Notes under the pieces: model-generated
Databases searched by the model: none
Seen by the model: only the letters and a program-made list of their open reading frames with translations
What the model was told of the DNA's origin: nothing
Shown here: one piece after another, positions 6,019 to 10,083 of the stretch
Layout of the letters: the number at the start of each line of letters is the position of its first letter
Numbering within the stretch: the first letter of the stretch is position 1
Translations under genes and position numbers: made by a program
DNA from: Candidatus Wukongarchaeum yapensis
GTDB lineage: Archaea > Asgardarchaeota > Wukongarchaeia > Wukongarchaeales > Wukongarchaeaceae
Reading direction: 5' to 3'
Length of the DNA: 10,083 bases
Assembly (NCBI GenBank): GCA_016840425.1
Contig: JAEOSI010000063.1
Location: forward strand, 1-10,083

Positions 6019-7002
6019 TTAAGGTTTCTCTTCTTTTTCTTCCTCTTTCTTTGTTATTTCTTGCTTTTTTTTATCTAGTATGATGTTTTGCATGAATTTC
6101 GTTGAGGTAAAAGCGCTTTCAACTTCGCCTACAGTTAGATCCTGTAGTTCTGAAACCGGTTCTACTTCTTCTTTCATTAAACCTTGTTCGGCAGCATATT
6201 CTAGAGAACTTAACTTTTGTCTTTCTGACCTTGTTTCTGTTCGTTGTAGATAGAAATGTGAAATCATGTGGAAAACTCTGCCATAGCCGTAAGGGAAAGT
6301 TATTGCTATGGGGGCTTCTCCGTATTTTTTTTCAAGTTCTTTGCTTGTTATTAGTACTTTAACCTTATTTTTGTCAAGGATTTGAATGGGATAACTTTGA
6401 CCTTCAAGCCACCAAACTGGCTCAGATTTTTCAGTTAGTAATCCTTGAACGAAAATATTGTCTGGATCAAGTATTTCGATTCGAACAACGTCATCTGGCG
6501 TCGGCTTTCCCGTGTATTTGGCGATGCCTGGAAATGCTTTTTCTATGATGAACTTGAGCGCCCAGTCTGTAGTGATCAAATATCCACCATTTTTAACGAA
6601 TTTACGGATAAGTTCCACGCCTTCTGGCATAATTTCGCTTCCCGGACAGTTTATGAAAAGGATCTGGTCTGATCTAATTTGGAGGTCTTCGACATCTATT
6701 GGGTCTATCACCGTGAAAGGGATTTCAGTTGGAGCGAATACTGTTTCTGCGTGATCGTAGCTTCCTCTTACGATTATTATGTCTGATTCGTTGACGTTGC
6801 GTAAAATTTCATAATCTTCTGGGGCTTCTTTTTTCATTTTTGCGAAGAGGAGTTTTGATGCTGCAGAGTATGCTTTTTTCATCTTTTCTGGAGTTTCTTT
6901 TCCCGTCTGTTCAACAGTTTGGAACTCTCCTTCAATGGTAATCGGTGGCTTTTTTTCTTGTTTTTTATTCTGAGAAATTTTTTCTGGATCAGGATTGTTC
7001 AT
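6019..7002 (-). CDS. Conserved hypothetical protein, possibly class I glutamine amidotransferase-like fold
   Basis: 327-aa ORF with GAGAGG RBS. The core (IIIVRGSYD...ILFINCPG...IRKFVKNGGYLITTDWAL...GYGRVFHMISHF) resembles GATase1/ThuA-like alpha/beta domains. The ends are charged and low-complexity. The fold call is pattern-based only. Confidence 0.75.
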   Translation of the reverse strand: MNNPDPEKISQNKKQEKKPPITIEGEFQTVEQTGKETPEKMKKAYSAASKLLFAKMKKEAPEDYEILRNVNESDIIIVRGSYDHAETVFAPTEIPFTVIDPIDVEDLQIRSDQILFINCPGSEIMPEGVELIRKFVKNGGYLITTDWALKFIIEKAFPGIAKYTGKPTPDDVVRIEILDPDNIFVQGLLTEKSEPVWWLEGQSYPIQILDKNKVKVLITSKELEKKYGEAPIAITFPYGYGRVFHMISHFYLQRTETRSERQKLSSLEYAAEQGLMKEEVEPVSELQDLTVGEVESAFTSTKFMQNIILDKKKQEITKKEEEKEEKP

Positions 7003-7033
7003 ATTTTTTTCCTCTCATGTTTCTTAGTTTGGG

Positions 7034-7042
7034 ATATAAAAG
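7034..7042 (-). promoter_or_regulatory. Putative TATA box (CTTTTATAT) for the 6019-7002 gene
   Basis: Located ~32 nt upstream of the start codon, in the divergent intergenic region. Confidence 0.5.
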
Positions 7043-7123
7043 GTAAGTTTGATATTTATGCATAACTACCGTTTAGCAGACTTAGGTATTATTTATTAAT
7101 TAGATTAATTAGGTGAAGGTTTC

Positions 7124-7870
7124 ATGGATATGTGGAAATATTATTATATTTGTCTTAAAAGACATTTTTTATGTAATCCGTTTAACAAGGAGAAGTTTGA
7201 AAAGTTTTGCAGTCTTCTAAGGCTAAAACGAGGAGCACGCGTCCTAGACATAGGTTGTGGGAAAGGTGAATTCCTGATAAGGCTAGCAGAACTATATGAT
7301 ATATCAGGCGTGGGCGTTGATTTATCTCCTTATACTGTTAAGGAGTTTTTAGAGAAATATCAAAAACTTATACCTAGATCTGATATTAAGATCTTAGAAA
7401 TGGACGGTGCAGATTATAAACCCGAATCCCTTGAGTCCTTCGATTTAACCATGTGCATAGGAGCAAGTTGGATATATGGTGGCTACCGTGGAACAATACA
7501 GGCTCTAAAAAAGATGACGAAACCCGGTGGATTAATAGCAGTAGGACAACCTTTTTGGTTGAAAGAGACAAGTGAAGAGTATTTGAAGGCTGAAGGATTA
7601 AAGAGAGAAGAGATTGGCAGTCACCAAGATAATGTAAAAGTAGGGGAAGAAGAAGGATTAACGTGTCTTTACACCATGGTAAGCAACCATGATGATTGGG
7701 ATCATTATGAGACGCTCCAATGGTGGGCAGTAGACGATTACGTGATGGCTAATCCTGATGATGAGGATATTCCAGAACTATTAGAGGGAAAAAGACGAGA
7801 AAAGGAAAACTATCTTAGCTGGGGTAGAGAGACACTAGGTTGGGCCATATATCTTTTCAAGAAACCATAG
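7124..7870 (+). CDS. Class I SAM-dependent methyltransferase, YjhP-like
   Basis: AGGTGA RBS. Motif I VLDIGCGKG, GVDLSP and LKKMTKPGG. CIGASWIYGG, GQPFW, WDHYE..QW and ANPDDED resemble E. coli YjhP as I recall it (not verified by alignment). Confidence 0.9.
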   Translation: MDMWKYYYICLKRHFLCNPFNKEKFEKFCSLLRLKRGARVLDIGCGKGEFLIRLAELYDISGVGVDLSPYTVKEFLEKYQKLIPRSDIKILEMDGADYKPESLESFDLTMCIGASWIYGGYRGTIQALKKMTKPGGLIAVGQPFWLKETSEEYLKAEGLKREEIGSHQDNVKVGEEEGLTCLYTMVSNHDDWDHYETLQWWAVDDYVMANPDDEDIPELLEGKRREKENYLSWGRETLGWAIYLFKKP

Positions 7871-7906
7871 ATATGTTGACTCACACTACTTTTATTTTAT
7901 ATCTCT

Positions 7907-8890
7907 TTATCTTTCTATTAGGGGGTTTTCTATCTTTTTTGCTTCTTCAATCAGCTCTGAGGGCCATTTCTCAAAAATCGTAGATGCCAGTTGCAGGTGT
8001 TCTGTTTTCATAGGGTCTTTTTCACACTGCTGGTGCACAAAGGCATCCAGCCATAGAGGGTCGTCACAATAATAGATCAATCCTTTGTTTTCTAGTACAT
8101 CATATGTGTATCCGAAGGGCGTTTTGTATTTTCCTGTTTTCCCTTCTACGATATAGCTGAGAGAGTTTATGCCTTCTACTATGCCAACAACGTTGAAAAT
8201 CGATCGATAAATCTTGTTAATGTCTGCAATGTTTTGACTCAAGTCTTTGTCTGCTTCGCCATGGTATGTATCTCTAGAATTATATCCTACATGTTCAGGT
8301 ATCAAACCAAACATGTTTTTTGTACACATAGAGAAAAATACTTTGAACTTAGCTAAGTTAATGAAAGTGCCTGTTCTCAATTCGTATAATTTCTCGGGTA
8401 AAAAACCATATAACTCGTCTCTCAATACCGGCGAAAATTTCTTTTCTACAAGTTCTTTCACGATCTCCTTGTCTACAGTTCTTTCGGCCAAAACCTCTTC
8501 GGTAATGTTAAGATACTCTATTCCAAGTTCGCTAATCACGTTCTTAGTTCCAGTTTCCTTTAAGAAGTCTTCTTCAGTTTTTCTTACGAAGTCTAATTGC
8601 TCTTCAGAAAACCTTGGACAGGGAGGCTTAATAAGGTCGAGCAGAGCCAGCATATTTCTCGCAGAATAAGACTCAACAAGGACAACCTTTCCTTGCTTAT
8701 GAAGAAACCTCAAAACCCATTCTAAGATTTTCGGGTCCGTGAAGTGACCATAGTCCCCGCATATCCAATTAGGCTTCACTATGAAAGGCTCCCTCAATTG
8801 TAATGAATCCATAAATTTAAAGAACTCTTTTTGAGTATGAACATTGTCTACAACCAGTTTTTTTCCTTTAAATTCAAACTCTTTCCGCAT
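7907..8890 (-). CDS. DUF362 domain-containing protein
   Basis: 327-aa ORF with IVKPN, FTDP, VLVES, INLAKFK and TKNMFGLIP motifs typical of DUF362. It converges on the methyltransferase gene. Confidence 0.8.
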   Translation of the reverse strand: MRKEFEFKGKKLVVDNVHTQKEFFKFMDSLQLREPFIVKPNWICGDYGHFTDPKILEWVLRFLHKQGKVVLVESYSARNMLALLDLIKPPCPRFSEEQLDFVRKTEEDFLKETGTKNVISELGIEYLNITEEVLAERTVDKEIVKELVEKKFSPVLRDELYGFLPEKLYELRTGTFINLAKFKVFFSMCTKNMFGLIPEHVGYNSRDTYHGEADKDLSQNIADINKIYRSIFNVVGIVEGINSLSYIVEGKTGKYKTPFGYTYDVLENKGLIYYCDDPLWLDAFVHQQCEKDPMKTEHLQLASTIFEKWPSELIEEAKKIENPLIER

Positions 8891-9066
8891 CTCAACACGC
8901 CCCTTTTATGTTTTCAGATGTTTTTGGCTTAAATTAAATAGAATAAATAAATCAAAAAATAAGTTTAACATGAACTTGGCTCTTTTGTTGTGATTGTTTT
9001 TTAAGTTTTTGAAGTCATATATTTTTAGTTCATTTGCTTTTTACTTTTTTTAGTGGTGAAGGGTTT

Positions 9067-10083
9067 TTGTTTGATTGTGTGATTGTGCGGTTTGGGGAGT
9101 TAACGCTTAAAAGTGAGCGTATTAGGCAGAAATTTCTCGATATTTTGAGGAGAAATATTTTTCAGGTTTTGGAAGGCTTGGATTTTCAAATAAGGGAGGA
9201 GAGGGGGAGATTTTTCGTAGATACTGGGTCTATAGCAGATGTTTCTAGTAGGCTTTCTAAGATTTTTGGCATAGTTTCTGTTTCTCCTGCTGCTAGAATT
9301 AGGGCGAATTTAGGGGTGATTGCTGATTTTTGTGTTAAAGTGGCGAAAATCCACGATTTTTCGGGGAAAAGTTTTGCTGTGAGGGTTGTTAAGCGTCTTG
9401 GGAAACATGATTTTTCCAGCATGGATTTGGCTAACGTTGTGGGGGAAAGAATTTTGAATGCTGTTCCTGACGCTAGGGTAGACCTTGGAAATCCTGATTT
9501 TGAGGTTTTTATAGAGGTTAGGGATGATGATGCTTATGTTTTTACGGAAAAAGTTGATGGTTTGGGGGGTTTGCCCTTGGGTAGTGAGGGAAGGCTTGTG
9601 TCCCTTTTTAGCGGTGGTATTGATAGTCCTGTTGCCGCGTTTTTGATGATGAAGAGAGGGTGTTTTTGTAATCTTTTATACGTTGATAACAGCCCTTTTA
9701 CTGATGAAAGCACCTTTAAAAGAGCTTTAGAAACTGCAAAAGTGCTCAAACAATACGATCCAAAACTTAGACTCTATGTTGTAAAACATGGTGAGAACCT
9801 TGAAAATTTCATAAAAAACGCGCCCAGATGGTTTACATGCATTCTTTGCAAACGCCTAATGTACAAAGTGGCAGAAAAAGTATGTTTGAAAACAGGTGCT
9901 AGAGGAATAGTTACAGGGGAAAGTATAGGTCAAGTGGCAAGCCAAACTTTAGAAAACCTCTTAGTAATAAATCAAGCAACAACTTTACCCATTTTAAGAC
10001 CTCTTATAGGCCTCGATAAGAGGGAGATTGAAGATATTGCAAGAAAAATCGGCACTTATGAACCAAGTCATAAAAGGGTTACG
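9067..10083 (+). CDS. thiI: tRNA 4-thiouridine(8) synthase ThiI, 3' end outside window
   Basis: TTG start at 9067 after a GGTGAAGG RBS, open to the window end. N-terminus FDCVIVRFGELTLKS. THUMP region (SFAVRVVKRLGKHDFSS, VDLGNPD), GLGGLPLG, PP-loop SGGIDSPVA, CILCKR, TGESIGQVASQT and RPLIGLDK. Absent from the ORF track. Confidence 0.96.
   Translation, partial: MFDCVIVRFGELTLKSERIRQKFLDILRRNIFQVLEGLDFQIREERGRFFVDTGSIADVSSRLSKIFGIVSVSPAARIRANLGVIADFCVKVAKIHDFSGKSFAVRVVKRLGKHDFSSMDLANVVGERILNAVPDARVDLGNPDFEVFIEVRDDDAYVFTEKVDGLGGLPLGSEGRLVSLFSGGIDSPVAAFLMMKRGCFCNLLYVDNSPFTDESTFKRALETAKVLKQYDPKLRLYVVKHGENLENFIKNAPRWFTCILCKRLMYKVAEKVCLKTGARGIVTGESIGQVASQTLENLLVINQATTLPILRPLIGLDKREIEDIARKIGTYEPSHKRVT

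Noticed and set aside
6445-6754. + strand ORFs 6445-6672 and 6458-6754
   Set aside because: They are antisense to the 327-aa minus-strand gene.
7097-7111. TAATTA-GAT-TAATTA dyad before the methyltransferase RBS
   Set aside because: The arms are pure A/T within a very AT-rich spacer, so it is likely chance.
7386-8669. ORFs 7386-7571 (-) and 8247-8669 (+)
   Set aside because: They are antisense shadows of the methyltransferase and DUF362 genes.
9186-9749. Minus strand ORFs 9186-9422 and 9534-9749
   Set aside because: They are antisense to thiI.

Overview
AT-rich window with archaeal-style signals: GGTGA/GGAG ribosome-binding sites and TTTTATA boxes. The lineage cannot be fixed from the sequence alone. 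Left to right: an M32 (Taq-type) carboxypeptidase that runs off the left edge and is missing from the ORF track; an 810-aa membrane-anchored surface protein with 14 LVIVD beta-propeller repeats; and a ~1.9 kb accessory region. That region holds a frameshifted DUF2283 pseudogene and an intact RelB/RelE-type toxin-antitoxin operon bracketed by two 77-bp imperfect direct repeats. Next come a conserved hypothetical protein (possibly class I glutamine amidotransferase-like fold), a YjhP-like SAM methyltransferase, a DUF362 protein, and a CXXC-type thiI that runs off the right edge and is also missing from the track. Two features stand out. First, the LVIVD array has a DNA-invariant scaffold with two hypervariable loops whose codons are almost all NNT, consistent with a diversified 2 x 7-blade binding surface. 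Second, the repeat-bracketed toxin-antitoxin unit looks like a cassette.
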